Under the pieces are notes generated by a model, which was given only the letters and a program-made list of their open reading frames with translations, was not told the DNA's origin and searched no databases. From Veleropilina oligotropha (lineage: Eukaryota): a stretch of 64,000 nt of DNA. The position numbers were made by a program, and so were the translations under genes. This document shows, piece by piece, positions 21,057 through 36,000 of the stretch. Location: contig JBEUKZ010000126.1 in the NCBI GenBank assembly GCA_048128005.1, positions 1 through 64,000 on the forward strand, written 5' to 3'. Positions within the stretch are counted from its first letter, which is position 1, and the number at the start of each line of letters is the position of its first letter.

Positions 21057-24000
21057 ATGTCCCACTACAACTTCAAGAAAATCACGGTGGTTCCCACGGC
21101 AACGGTTCGTGATACATGAAACATTAAGTAAACAGTTGGTTATCATATAGAGACACAATGCTTCTATTTTATTCGAAGCTAATTTATTACAAATCATTAG
21201 AATCAGCCTGTTCAACGTGTTGGTGTTAGCCACGATTACCAGTCATTTCGGTCCCAGTCCATATCGGTCCCAGTCTAAACAACTGTGTCTGTACTCACGT
21301 GTTAATATTGGCCAACCCGACGGATTAATAGTCACCAATTATGATTGATTGCTTGTCGTAAACTGTAATTAGTGTATACTACATGTAATAGAAAAATATA
21401 TTTCATTTGAATCATATTTATTCCGAAGTCAATATGTTACATAGGCTACACACATCATAATTCATATACATAGCAGTGTAAAGGATTATAATATATGCAG
21501 ATACATTTTAATGGGATATAACTTCGAAAACAGGTAAACCTTTTATATTAGACAATTCGTTTTCATGGATATATTTCTGTGCATAATATTTTATTACAAT
21601 ATACAATATTTTTGTATCTTCTAGCGGGTTCGTTCCTTCAAACAGCATGCCATGTCTCTCGAATTAACCTTATATATGCTGCGATTCCCGACACCTGTAA
21701 AATAGATAATAAAAGTGTATTAATGAGTTGAAATATTATTTATATCAATAACTCTGGATATAGAAGAACTCGGGATATAAGTAACTCTGGATATACAATA
21801 ACTCGGGACATAACTTGTATTAAATGTAAATCTATAGCCATTATGATTGGGACCGATATAGACGGGGGCCGATATGGACTGGGACCGAAACGACCAGCCA
21901 CCAGGGCTCGATTTAGCATTTTAAATCCAGGAGCCCATAGGGCTCCTAGCATTTCAAATCTAGGAGCCCACACTAATTTTCAGGAGCCCTTCTAATATTA
22001 TGCTCGTGCTATTTATACAACATCCATTTTATCTCCCATAAAATATATGAAAGGAACTCGCTATGGATTCCACGTAATATATCAAAACAAATGTTATATC
22101 AGCCCTCAAAGTTTCCATTTATTTTCACTGGCCGTTGGCTACCAACTTTCAAATTTTAGTGTCCAATTCAAAATTTCACTAGCCAGACAAAGAAAATTTC
22201 ATAGCCAATATTAAATATCAATTTATATCAACTTATACATGCAACAAAGCAAAGGAATCAAAATAACCATTTTGAAAATTATCATGTAAATTTTCCCTTG
22301 AAAATTTAAATAATTTAATATACAAATTGTTTCAATTTGTGATTTTCAATATTACACATATTTAACTGTATTTTACATGTTTGTTCATTTTAATATAAAG
22401 AACGGTTCACCCAAAGGCTAATGTTAAACGTGTTTTGTATTTATAGTTCTTTCACTGTCAGTGATCCAGTTTATTTTGACATGTGGCTTCCAATAATTTC
22501 TAGAACCATTAGCTTCTTTAAAGTTTAGGATCAAAGCATCTAGACCATTTAACTACAATAAATATATTTATATCTCTCCCTGAAGCTTTATTGCTTGACT
22601 TGCATCTGTCAGGAGACAGAGACAAGCTCAATAACAACCTGGCCGTGTCATTTAATAACACGCAACATGATTGGCCTACAATTATTCATTGACCAATGAA
22701 AATGAGCGATAGGCATTCAGGCTTGTAAGCCAAAATGGAGGTCATAACAATGCAACACGAGCCGGATGCAACTTCGACAATGTCAGGATAATAACTTTTA
22801 GTGGTTTTGTAATAAACAGAACCAAGTAAACTCATGAAACATTGATTTAATAACCTAGTGGAAAGTCACAACACTGAAAAGCCATATAATGGCAGAATTA
22901 CGGTCGCCAACGTTATTTTAGATAGGTCGCCAATTGGCGACCAGGAATTATTTGATAGTCGCCAACGGTAAAAATTGGTCTCATATGCGACCAATTAGGT
23001 CGAAATATTGAGGGCTGTATATAATCATTATAAACTTCCTTCTTGACTCAGTTTGCAGTCTTTTATGCTGAAAATTTGTAATAATAAGAGAATATCATGT
23101 TTATTACATACTGTAAATCACAATATTTTAGCGACATGCAAATTTAGCGAATTTGCAAAAAACGACCTATTAGCGTCATGAAATATTAGCGAAAATAGAA
23201 TTTCGGAAAATGTATTATTAGCGAGTTTGACAACAATGACAATTCTATTCAATTAACTTTTCCAAATGCTCCGTATGGCTGTTAATTATCTGATTGTTAC
23301 CCATTGTTATTACAACCGCATCTTGTAAAGGATGACTATTAGCAGGATGACTAGTACCTAAGTTGGTTGCAAGTTCATTGTACATATCGCAATCGGATTA
23401 ATATAATGACGATGGTGTCGTCACGTGGGTGTAAAATGTGACTTGGTACTTCAATTAATACAATTAGTATGATCACAAGTGCATTTGTTAAGTTTATTCA
23501 ACAATTGTTACTTATTAAATTGCTAACGTGTTGCTATCTATGCATAATAGACTGTTACTTGCCAGTAGCGATAAAGCACATCGTCAATTGACATTAAAAT
23601 GGACACTCTTGTTCTTATCAAGGGAGATCATTTACAGTGAAATACTAGTGGAACTTGCGCGAAAACGAGGTTTCATGCAACACTGTTGAATAAAAGTTCT
23701 CTGTTGAACAGGAACTAAAGCAAAGACGTTGATACGCTCGTTTGTTTCCGCCGTTCTATGCTGTACGATTCCCAATATTAAAGCTAATTTCATATATGCA
23801 TACAGCAGCCCTCGCAATTAGGAAAAATCCAGGTCGGCAAATTTTTGCCGACCTCAAGTCCAACCAGGTCGGCACGAGGTCGGCAAATTTTTTAAAACTT
23901 TTCTGTTAACACAATGCTTAAATCTTGTTTAAATACATAATTTAAGAATGTTTTAACCATTGTTTCTCTGTATATTTATCTTGAATTAATTTGCTATTTA

Positions 24001-27000
24001 GCCAACATATGATATTGTTTACATTTTGAGCGAACGGGAGACTCCAACACACGCGGCATCGCGCACGTGTTACCGTTTACCTCACCTGTTCGCGTGACGA
24101 ATATTGAGTAGAAAAATCTTTTTTTAAATCTCCATTTGGTAGATGATAAAGTGACAATAGAATCAGCAAATATCTTTATTTACAATAAGCGTGTGGAATA
24201 AATATATGACAGGCAGTTTCACGCTCATGAATCTTATTGCTAAGTCAAATTGTACACGTTATTTCTGCCCGTTGGCCGTGGTCACTAATCGCGTACCCCG
24301 CAGCGACCGACGCACTGCGTGTTCGTATCTGAATCTGAATAAATACTAAGTACAAGTAGACCCAATTCTGGGATAAAGTTCATAAGTCTCTAAATCTATT
24401 TAAATTAATATTTAATCATTAAATGGTGTCTTAAATTGGTTATATGCCGTTTTATCCATAAGAAAGATTACCACATTGTAAGTTGGAAACATAGCACGTA
24501 TTATTTTGGAAACGCGATTTGAATCCGTGACCTAGTAATTTATAAATAGCGTACATGTGCGAATGGAGCGCTTGAGTGTTGAAAACTTGTGATGTTAACG
24601 ATTTATTGGTGAACATTTCAACCAGGATGCACAATATACAAAGTAGGTAAAGAGATACAACTTAACAAGTTATGAATAAATATTGTAATCAGTATAATAT
24701 ATATGAACAGACCTTTTAGCAAGATAAATCGAGGTCGGCAAATTTTTGCCGACCTCGTACGCTTGCAGGTCGGCAACGAGGTCGGCATTGCCGAATGCCG
24801 ACCTTAATTCCGAGGGCTGATACAATAGTCAGAATTAACCTTTACTATGGTGTTATAAGCGAAAAAATCATTTAATAAAATGATAAATAATGAATATGTT
24901 TCGGTTACTGAATTTCACTTTTGGCGAGACTAAGGAAACAAAATGGCGGGCCTACGTTTTGCGGGATTTCAGCGGACATTTCACAGAATAAAATTGAACA
25001 AACAAGTGGTGAAAATATGGTTTATTCGTACATAAATGGCAAGTATTAAAAACACATTACCCCTGAACAATCCACGATAGCTAGTTTATTAAGTACATTG
25101 CTAACAACATATTTATTTGTCACCCAACCTTCTTATATAACATGGATATAATATAAGACATATTAGCGACATAAAATGTTAGCGAATTTTGCTTCCTCGC
25201 TAAGTTCGCCAAAATATTATGATCGCGAAAATTTCATGATTTACGGTATTCAGATTCTTCTAAATCCTATGAAGTGCTTGCAAATTTATAGGAGCCAGAA
25301 GGACTACCTCACCATAGAATCTAGGAGCCCCATGCCATTTCTAGGAGCCTGGGGCTCCAGGACTACCATATAAATCGAGCCCTGCACCTTAGCCACAGGG
25401 GCCCGTAACGTTGCTTATCGTTCGTCTGTTTCCGTTTGACGATTGGCGCAGTTCATTGTTACTAATAACTAGATAATATAGACAAGGGAGGACACTAAGT
25501 AGGGACACCCATGGCGCATAAAAATCGTTCTAAATTCACAATCAACACGATGGTGATGTGTCGTGATGAAAACAGTCACCATATGGAAGATATATTACTA
25601 TAATTAATCACTCACCCATACGCTAAAATAGAGTTAGAACTCATTTCTTACCATACACTTGTCGACTATGTTCGCTGTTTATGACTGCTAACGGAAGTGC
25701 AAGTTTGATGACGTCATGTCAGGGTTATATGAAAAAGTTGAATCGTTAAAAATTTTGAGTTGCGGAAAATAATGCTATACAGCACAATAAGTGGCTTAAA
25801 TTACGAAAATTTTCGCATTAATCCACAATCCGCATTTTTGATGATACAAAATTTTAAATTATAACCAAATGAATGAGATGGATCCTTTGACGGCGAAAAA
25901 ACCAATTCAAAACGATCTATAATTAGTATTAAAATATTTGACCTAAAAAATTGGTCAAAAAATATATCTTTTATACAAAATCAAAGTATGCAATATATTA
26001 TATTGGGACCTCACGATAATAAATATAAAGTAGTAAAATAACCTTACAAAATAAATTCCCCCGCTCAAAATCTTGTCCGATCGGAAGAGATATTAAATGT
26101 CCACTGCCGTAAAATAGGTTTTACATCGTTTTATAGAGATTTTTCTGTACGAGACATGCTACTTCCGTGATGTCCCCCGGATTAATTTATTGTAGCAGAA
26201 TGTGCGAGACTGTAATTACCTCGTTTTGGATAAACAGCTCTCTGAAATCATTTCACAGGTGAACGTTGCCAGGTAAAGGTGTCCCTACACTAAGGACGGG
26301 ACACATGATGGATTATCCCGACATTTCACTGAATTATTTCATTCGTCAAAAGATTTGATTGAACAATATTTTTATATAATTTTCATAGGATCATAAATAA
26401 TACACATACTACATTTGGTATAATACATAATAACATTCAAGCTTTAGAAGAATGTTGCGATTTGACAACAGGACTGAAGCCTATATAAGTCATTTCACAA
26501 TTGTCAAAAGATGTTGGTTCGAATATGTCAAATTCGGGAAGAAGGATCATATGTGTCCTGTTTATTTAGTTGTTGTTTACAAGAGAGACTTAGTAATTGT
26601 TTGCAAGAGGTAAGTAAGATCATTTTTCAATATATTGTTTGTTGAACAACCTAGTTATCGATAGTGTCAACGCCGAGTGTTAAATACGCGTAATTTGCAA
26701 TCTATTCGTCATGTTATCGAGTAGAGAGCAGCACACGCTGGTCATTGGTCACTGTTCAAACCAACATCTTTTGACAAATGAAATAATTCAGTGAAATGTC
26801 TGGATAATCCACATGTGTCCCGTCCTTAGTGTCCTCCCTTGTCTATATTATAGTAACAATGAACTGTGCCAATCATCAAACGGAAACAGACGAACGATAA
26901 GCAACGTTACTGGCCCCTGTGGTGTTAACTGGTTAGTCTTCCTCAGCAAACGAAGCAGAATTCCCAAACTGGAATGCAATTTCTCGGCATGAAGACTGAA

Positions 27001-30000
27001 CACCAATGAACAAAATGTTACCAAAATATTTACATATGGACAAGGATTGTGTAATTAATATGTTACAGGTGCTACCTAGTGACGAGCACGCATATTTACT
27101 ATGGGGGCGAATTTGTTTGAGGGCGAATTATCATGATACCGCTGACTCTGGCGTGTGCATAGCTGACTCGGGCATGCGCATAGCCGACCTTACGCGATTC
27201 GGCAAAGTCCGCTTCAAAATGCATGATATCTGGTCGCGTAAATGTAAACTAAGTATATTTAAAACGAAATTGGATAATAATAATATGTTGTAGGTAGCAC
27301 CAATATTATAGATACGAACGCAGAAGAGAGATTATACACAAAGAAAACTTTTGAAATCCGTACCGTGTGATGTCTTCTTAATTTTGGAAACGCGTCTTTT
27401 ATTCACAACGTCTAGTGTAAGCTGACACACATATTCTGCGAGGTCACACATTGTTGCTAAACTACGCATATTCTCTGACGTCACAAATAGTTCAAAACTG
27501 GCAAACGATATGCATAGACGATAGTAATGTTTTTTAGCGAACGCAGAACATACATATTTCAATAACTTAGCTACAATAGGTATTTATCTAATAGCAAATA
27601 ATAAGAAACTGGGGACGGGATCCCCTACGAGATTAACGAGTTGCGCATTACCGGAAGAGAGGAATAATTCTGTTTCCTGTTCGTAACATCGATTTTTAAC
27701 CCCAGCTTAAAAAAAGCTGGGGTTATTGTCATCGCCCGAGGTGAGCGGACGGGCGGTTCATGTTGTCCGGCCTATATCTCGGCTACCAAACATTTTACCT
27801 CTATTTCATATGGTATGCTAACTACCCTTATCATACGCTAGTGCATGGTGGCGAAATTTCATGTGAAGGACCTTTGACCTTGCGGCAATGACCTTTGACC
27901 CTTAAATTTTGTCCGGGCCGTTTCTCGGAGACCAAACATGCTAGCCTTCTAATTTTTTTTAGGTGTGTTGCCTATAATACAAAGCTGTGCATGACTCATT
28001 TGGCCTTTGACCTCTGCGTAGTGACCTTCACAAATTTTCTATATTGTCATTTGTTAATTCTTTGGTGCCAAACTATTTCTTTAGGGTTAGTACATCATAT
28101 AACAAATACGAAAAATGGCCTTTGGTCAAAGGTCAAGGTCACAGAGGTCAAAATATACGCACAATTTTCAGACTGAGACTATAGCCTGCCCATTATGATA
28201 GCTATATGGAGACATATTATGACATATGGACTACCCTTATCATACTCTAGATCATGGTGGGTAATATTTCACGGGAATGATTTTTGACGTTGCCACAATA
28301 ACCTTTGACCCTGAAATTTTGTCCGGGCTGCTTCTCGGAGACTCAGCATGGTAGCCTTTAAATTTTTTTTAGATATCTTGCCTATAACCCAAAGCTGTGC
28401 ATGGCACTAAAATGTTTGTCATTTGGCCTTTGACCTTCACAAATTTACATATTTACATATTTTCATAATTCGTAAACATTTTTTTTTCATTTTTGCCAAC
28501 CTCTTTCTATAGGGTTAGTACATCATGTAGCAGAGAGAAAATGACCTTTGATCAAATGTAAAGGTCACAGAGGTCAAAATATACTCACAATTTGCAGACT
28601 TTATCTGCATGACTTTTAGCATGGCTACTATGATAGCTAGGGGACATATTGTGATATATGGACTACCCTTATCATATCGTATATCATGGTGGGTAAATTT
28701 CATGGGAAAGACCTTTGACCATGCCACAATAACCTTTGACCCTAATTTTGTACGGGCTGGTTCTCTGAGACTATGCATGGTAGCTTAAATTTCTATTTTT
28801 TGGTAGATGGGATTTATATTTTTGGTACATGTGATTTCTATTTCTTCTACATGTGTTTTATATTGCCGAACTCTGTGCTTGGCTGTAAAATATTTTCCAG
28901 TTTTCTTCTGCACAGCACTCTTCAAAAAAAGTCTATTTGGTATTTGTACTGTAAACTTTAACTTTGCCTGCTACTGGCAAGGTCAAGATCACAGATTTTA
29001 TATGGCAGTCTGATTGCTATATAAGGCTGGGGTTCCTGATAGCCGGGCGGCTGTCTATTTTTAATTCCTAGTATGTTGTGGAGTTATCTGCCCTTTGAAT
29101 CCGTTCTTCTGTCTTTCTCGTATACAGGTTAGTGTGTGTAAGCTCGCATTGCGTGCTCGTTATAATTGAATTGAGACGGAAAGTGGCAACTATCCAGTGC
29201 AGACCAGTAAGGGAGGACTTATTATGCGCTATGCATTAACTTTTGACTTCGGAATAACTATCAAATAACTAAGAACAATAAATATTAATGGATGTACAAA
29301 TGTTTATTTTTGCAATATATTACATCGATAATATGGATAAATGTCACCATGTTGTCATTCATACAGAAATATATTGTTGCGTAAGGATCTTTACTCCCTG
29401 CCGACATTTCTGCCATGTTGTTTTGGGGCCAATACCAGCACATGGCGGTCGATATATTTCTGATGAAATACAAGTTAGAATGCCTTCAACATTGTTATTA
29501 CTTGAAGTATGTTTGACAAGACTCAAATAAGAGTAATTAACAACATTATTTATGAAACATGGAACTTTTTACAGTGTGAAACTTGATAATGCAACTACAT
29601 TTTTTGGCCACTTTTTTGTCGCCAGTGGCGATCGCCAGGCCGATCCCTGGTACCGTTGCATTCGAGATACCCAGGCCTTGCCATTTGAGGCGCGTGAGAG
29701 CGATCGCGCGCTCAAAACTAGTCACCAAGGAGCAAATTATCGCGCACTTAAAATTTGATTAAATTAAAGAAAATATTGATAATTTACATGCATAAGTAAC
29801 TTTACCAATTGCATAATGGTAAAATTCACAGCCATAAGCCCAATTAAACATGTCAGTGTGCATTTTTCGGCACTCGGCATCCTTCTTTAGCTCAAAGTAT
29901 CAACGTGATATAGGCCTAAATATTTACCGAATTGATTACCGTTAGCGACTTGGCGTCGCGACCTCATTAAACTTAATGTCGACCGCAAAATACCTTCACA

Positions 30001-33000
30001 TCAGTCAGTATGTGACTTCTCAGTGTTTCCAGTAAGTTATTTGATTCCGTTTATTCCAAAATCAATAGAAATGGTCAACCGACACTGCCAATGTGTCGCT
30101 CTCATCATTCATGACCACATGTAGTCGCCGTGTTGGATTATTATTGTCTAAAGCTTATCGCATCTTTTCATTGGTCAATGATTAATGATTGGCCAATCAC
30201 TTGTTGTCTTACTAAATGACACGGAGAGACACGGAGGATTATTATTCACGCTATCCAATTTAGCAGATGATAGCATACAGATGAGCAGATATATATATTA
30301 GTAATTGATTTATTATAGCATTAACGCTTGAGATTCTTTGATCTTAAACTTTAAAGGAACTAATGTTTTCATTGAATAAATTAAAACCACTTGTTAACGC
30401 TTTAGCGACCAAGTTAATTCCATGAAAAAGTATTTTACAGCCTTGTATATATTGTAATTTGTCTATATTATCCTTTATATCACTCAAAAACATATAAAAC
30501 TATATATCAGAGGATTCAGAAATGAATAAGCTTTCTGATGATGATAATAGTTATTTATTATTTTATAATTTGGTCATATTTATTGCAGGTATACTATATT
30601 GATCGAATAAGAAAATAATTTTTTTTTTTATAAAAAAATGAGTTTCATGACTAATAAATATTTCATAATTTTAACAAATTTTCATACTTTATCTTATATA
30701 TTCTGTGAAAGTATCCATATATGAACAGTTTGGTGTAAAAACATTAGTCTACATGCTGATGAAGAGTCCAAGTGGTACTTGACATGATATAGCTGGGTTT
30801 TTTTTAAAATGATGAAAAAACAGCCGGGGTCACGATGAAACGAAAAAACGCGAGAAGGACCCGTATTTTCAATGAATGGTGTATCTTTGGGTATAATATC
30901 GTCATGATGAAATCTCTTTCATTTCGGACTGAGTCGACCACTCCAAAGCTGGCGTCTGCATCGTGAAGTGAATGAAACACGGCGGCTCCACAGATTCCAG
31001 ATTATCCGAATAGCACTGAAAAAAATAAATAAATTATAAATGCAATGCATAAATATAACTAGAAATATGTCCATCGGACACGAATGCCCCCACTGGCAGC
31101 CTTGACCATAGGGGCAGTGTACAAAGTATCAAGTCAATCCATGAAGGCAAATAGAAGTTATAGCAGATTGGAGTTGCTTACACGCAAATACTGGTTTCGG
31201 GACGGACGGACGGGACGGACAAGAGTAAATCTAAATGCCACCCCAATAAATTGGTGGTGGCATAATTAATAATATACAGAGATTTACACACAAAAAACAT
31301 TCATGACTTCATATAATATTGTTATCAAATCAATAAAAAATTATTTTCTTAATTTTTTTCACCATATTTTTTCCTGAGGGTGAGTACATTATATAACAAT
31401 GTGCAATTTTGTTGTTCCATCAAAGGTCAAGGTCACAGAGGCCAAAATGTACTTTCCTGACACACACCTTGTCCAGATTAGATCTCTTGTTCTGTACATG
31501 CCAGCATGATTTCCTGTGGTATGCTAATCCCCCTTATTGTGCAAGGCAGCGTAATTTTCCGAAAATGTCCGACCTTGCTGTAATGACCTTTGACCCCTAG
31601 ATCGTGTCCGGCCTGGTTCTCTGAGATTTCAAAATCTTATTCTTATTCTTTTAATTTCTTTATAGATGCATGGCCCACACTTCAAGCATGTGCATGGCGC
31701 TAAAATTTTGTTCTTTTAAACTTTGACATTGGCACTGGAGAAGGGTGACTGTATCCAGTATCCAGAGCTTAAATTTAAAAATCATGCTACGTAGCCGATA
31801 AATTCACTTCAAAGGAAAAAACATTTTTATTTTATTGTTAAAAATAGCATGTACGGTACTAATGTTTTACGTTAAAGTCGTTTGGATAATAAGGATTTGT
31901 GATACCTAGAAAGCAGTAAATTATATATTATGAGCAAAGGTAAATTGGTTTTTCGCACAAGAATGTCAGTTGAGCAATGGTGAAATTGCATCCATTACTC
32001 CATATATGATTTTAATCTTTGTGTAATAAATGAAAAATAAATTAATTGAACCACACAGCTTCTTATCAGAAAACTTGTGTTGTGAAAGTACATACAAGAG
32101 GCTATAAGTATAACTTGCGCTAACTTGAAAGGTGAGGTTAATCGCCGAAGGCCTACGCATTAATGAAGAGGGAATTTATATATAAAATATATTTGATCCG
32201 GAAATTTTATTATTCATTAAATATGAGATCCTTAGCTGCATATGTACCGCAAAAATCAGCATGTTGATAATTAATACAGAGATTAGTGCAAGAATACTAA
32301 ATTAATGTATATCGGCACTTTTCAAAAGTAAACAACAGCTGACTGCATAAACCGGAAGTCTTTTTGCCTCCAGCCTCGTTTTGACATGGCTGTTTACGTC
32401 ACGCTGTTTTCCAAAGGCTCGGGCACATGGGTTCTTGCGCATGTGAGTGGTGAATATTAAAGGGTTGCCTTAGGCTAAATATTGCTTAGATCTTGCTTTG
32501 ACATTCGCTATTCAGCAAACTTAACTCCATTCTGCTGCAAAGGTTAAGAAGCAGATGACATGCTATCGTTAGTACGAGACTTTCATATAATCATAAAAAA
32601 CGTTAAGTACGGTATGTTTTTGTTTCAGATAGTGAAAGCTAGTTATTCGGTCATTCGTATACCTTCGCTGTTGACAGAAAAATAAATTACACTAAATAGA
32701 ATAATACCCATCAGCAACGATGGTCATGAAAGTCTGAAAACAAGACTGTTGTGCTATATTTATGTATAAGCTCACCATCATACTACAAAAAAGATTCAGT
32801 GCTACACTGAACAATTGTAGAATTTCTGATAAAAGAGCCGTTTGCTGTGAAATACGATTATACAATATCAAGACTCGTCTAGTGGACACCTGTTGGTAGG
32901 GTTACATCAGGAAAATCCCGTTCAGTACAAACAATACCATAATATGGGTGTGGCTTGATGTGTTTTACATACTATACCCATCAGCTATATCATATTTCCA

Positions 33001-36000
33001 AACCATCCTTTTTTGTGAGAACATTCCTGTTCCATTCCGACGGAAACGATCTATGCTAAAATACTCATTAAAATGTGTAATCCTGATAATCAGCCATTTA
33101 ACTAGATAATTAATAACAATTTGTGCTTATTTTTTAGAATTTTATTGACATTGTGTTGTCCAAAACTCAGAGGAAGACGCCTACTGTTGTTCACAGACAT
33201 TATAAGATTTCCCGGATACGAACGTTTTATATGCGTAAAGTCAAGTACACGCAGCAGAACTATCATGATAAGTTAACCGTCATTCTCACAGATTTTCCGA
33301 AGTTGGAGGTACGTAAAAACCTGGACTATGCATCTATTAAATAGCAGTCTAAGTAAAGCCATGATACTGTTATCAAAAGCGATATGTTCACAATATTGTA
33401 ATTAATAATTTACCAAGTAAAACTTATTGGGATATGCCCTAGTGATGGCCTCTGACAGTGTGCATATAGTAACAAATAGAAACATCAAATATATTTTATT
33501 TAATTAATACACCCGATGGTGATATCATTTATTCAATTCCCGTTTGGTGTATTGGACATGTTCTGATTATGTCATAGTTACCTCCCTGTTTATTGGCGTA
33601 ATCCAAACTTTCTCTAAAAGCATCATAGTCAAACCGCTTTATATAAATATATTGATTCACAGATCTCTATATCCAAAGCCTTGTACTGCAAGTGTATATT
33701 TTGGATCTTCATGGCTGACTCTGAAATCACAAGCATGATTGCGCTAGCTAACTGGACTGGGTTCGAATCTCGACTGGGCATTAACATTCTTTGTTCAGTT
33801 ATCAATCATAGATGTCTGTAACTGGCCGGAGAGGGTGGGTATCCCCAGGCCGCTGGGCATTCCTCCTCAATAATATGTACTTGTCTTGCTTTAAACCTGA
33901 TGGTTGTAAATATATGGGACACGCATTAATCCATCCGTCCATCACTTTGGATCACAGGATAAATTTAATTAGTGTTTAACAACGAATCCAACATTTTTTA
34001 GCCTGTTGTTTCGAATGATCAAATGGAAACATCGGGAAATTGGAGAAATAGTTATGACTATGAACGATTTATTGATTCACAGATATGAACTTATCAGACT
34101 ACAGAATCATCATTGCTCTGTTTTAGGATATACATCCCTTCTAGACTACAGAATTATCATTGCTCTATTTTAGGATATACGCCCCTTCTATGCTACATAA
34201 CTATCATTGCTCTGTTTTAGGATATACGCCCCTTCTACGCTACATAACTATCATTGCTCTGTTTTAGGATATACGCCCCTTCTACGCTACATAACTAACA
34301 TTGCTCTGTTTTAGGATATACGCCCCTTCTATGCTACATAACTATCATTGCTCTGTTTTAGGATATTCATCCTTTCTACGCTGATTTGATGAACGTCCTA
34401 TATGACAGAGACCATTACAAGTTGGCGCTGGGACAGATCAACACTGCACGACACCTAATAGACAAGTAATATATAATGTGGGGCTGAATGCGATATATGT
34501 GCTGGTAAAATTGGTTTACATTATGCTATAGATAATTCTTTCCTCCGCTAACATAGATATTATAAGTTGGACAGGGGATATGTTGTCTTCCCCATTTATT
34601 ATCCCCCGCAACAACACAGTAGAAACGTGTTCCGTCGGTGCGTCTGTGCATCCGACTTGAGATGACTATATCTTCTTGTTTGTTATTATTTGTCTGTTTA
34701 GCTGTTGGCGGGATTACCCAAATTATTTGCATGGAATTGTATGAAATTTAATAGTAATCATTGTCAACCACGAGTACCATAGGATAGAGTTTTCAAGGTC
34801 CAAAATGGCATTACTCACTAAGTTAGGAACAAGGTTACTTGTTTATTCATTGTGTACTTTGAACATATAGCTAGTATATCTGGCCGAAAAACACGAAATA
34901 TAGCCAGAAAAATCCTACTTCGCAAAGAGTTATCTGTATGAGCAGATTTCTTAAAGTGGACAAAGATGAAGGTATGATTTTACATTGCAGTACCTCTGTA
35001 TGTTGCGGCCGAGACGTATTGAAACTAAGGGTCACGGTGGACCCTAACTCTCCGATTCATCAGATATTCAGGGATTTCATCCAGCAATAATACGAACATG
35101 TCCCAATATTATCATGTTGGAAAATAAATGAAAACAAAAACCCAAAACTTAATCTTATGAATAGTTCTGCTTTGCATTTAAGAAATACATTAATTTCGTG
35201 TGTTTTAATTTTAATTCTCATGACAGTGACGCTTCTATTTCAGCGTTGCTAAGGATTACGTGCGGCTGTTGAAATACGGAGATTCGTTGTACAGATGCAA
35301 GCAGTTGAAGAAAGCTGCTCTCGGCAGGTATGTACGAAAATTACACAAAATGTGCAAATTTAAATCAATTTTTGAAAATCGCATTGAAACTCATTCGTTT
35401 ATCACCTTGACCTTTATCACCTTGACCTTTATAACCTTGACCTATATCACCTTGACCTTTATCACTTTGACCGTTATCACCTTGACATATTTTTCAAGGT
35501 CACATGATTCCTCTGTAATGTACAATCTAACCTGTATTAACTCTTTAGCATTTAAACCGTCCGAAACCGCCCGCGAAAATATGACGTAATTATGTTTAAA
35601 CAGGTGTACCACGAAATCCTCCCCCCTGAAAATCCTCCCCCCCTTTTTGGGCCAATTTTTTCGATTAAAAGTCATTTTTACCTGAGCACGAATGCTGTAC
35701 GTTTATCGGAATGGATATTAACGACTCTGAATCGGATTTGGATGGTATTTTAGTAGAAAATGTTATCGAATCGATGGAAAATGCAACGGAGATAGGATGA
35801 ACTTGACAGAGAATTTAACATCGATGTTTTTAACTTAGACAGCAATGAAGGTAAACCGAATTGCGGAATAGCGAAGCCACTTCAAACGAAAATAGCCACG
35901 AGGACGACAGTTTGAGCTCCGAGTGGTATTGCGGAAGTTTTACATGAATTTTTAATACTGCAGTTTACAGTACGGCATGGACCAACGCATACGTTATCGG

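Larger units (their letters stand above)
21902..25384. mobile_element. CAG-terminated TIR element nested in the MULE-like TIR
   Basis: CAGGGCTCGATTTA / TAAATCGAGCCCTG; subterminal GGAGCCC repeats; flanks CAC/CAC. Confidence 0.8.
21234..25388. mobile_element. MULE-like MITE, 8-bp TSD TTAGCCAC
   Basis: TIRs GTCATTTCGGTCCCAGTCCATATCGG / CCGATATGGACTGGGACCGAAACGAC; TTAGCCAC at 21226-21233 and 25389-25396. Confidence 0.7.
21230..26922. mobile_element. Fold-back TIR element (CCACAGGGG...CCCCTGTGG) hosting a nested transposon stack
   Basis: Long inverted arms (~25397-25510 vs ~26815-26918; ~26288-26365 vs ~26753-26831); flanks TGTTAG/TGTTAA. Confidence 0.7.

Noticed and set aside
32387..32450. ATGGCT...GTGAGT near 32.4 kb as a possible GTPBP4 first exon
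   Set aside because: No similarity to the NOG1 N-terminus; the true first exon [16 protein letters not shown] is at 21057-21104.
34097..34382. 47-bp and 25/50-bp (52112-52358) periodic arrays as possible CRISPR arrays
   Set aside because: No unique spacers, units derive from exon/intron junctions, eukaryotic context, no cas genes.
35260..35589. ORF with (ITLTF)n repeats
   Set aside because: Read-through of GTPBP4 exon 4 past its GT donor into a 15-bp intronic minisatellite.
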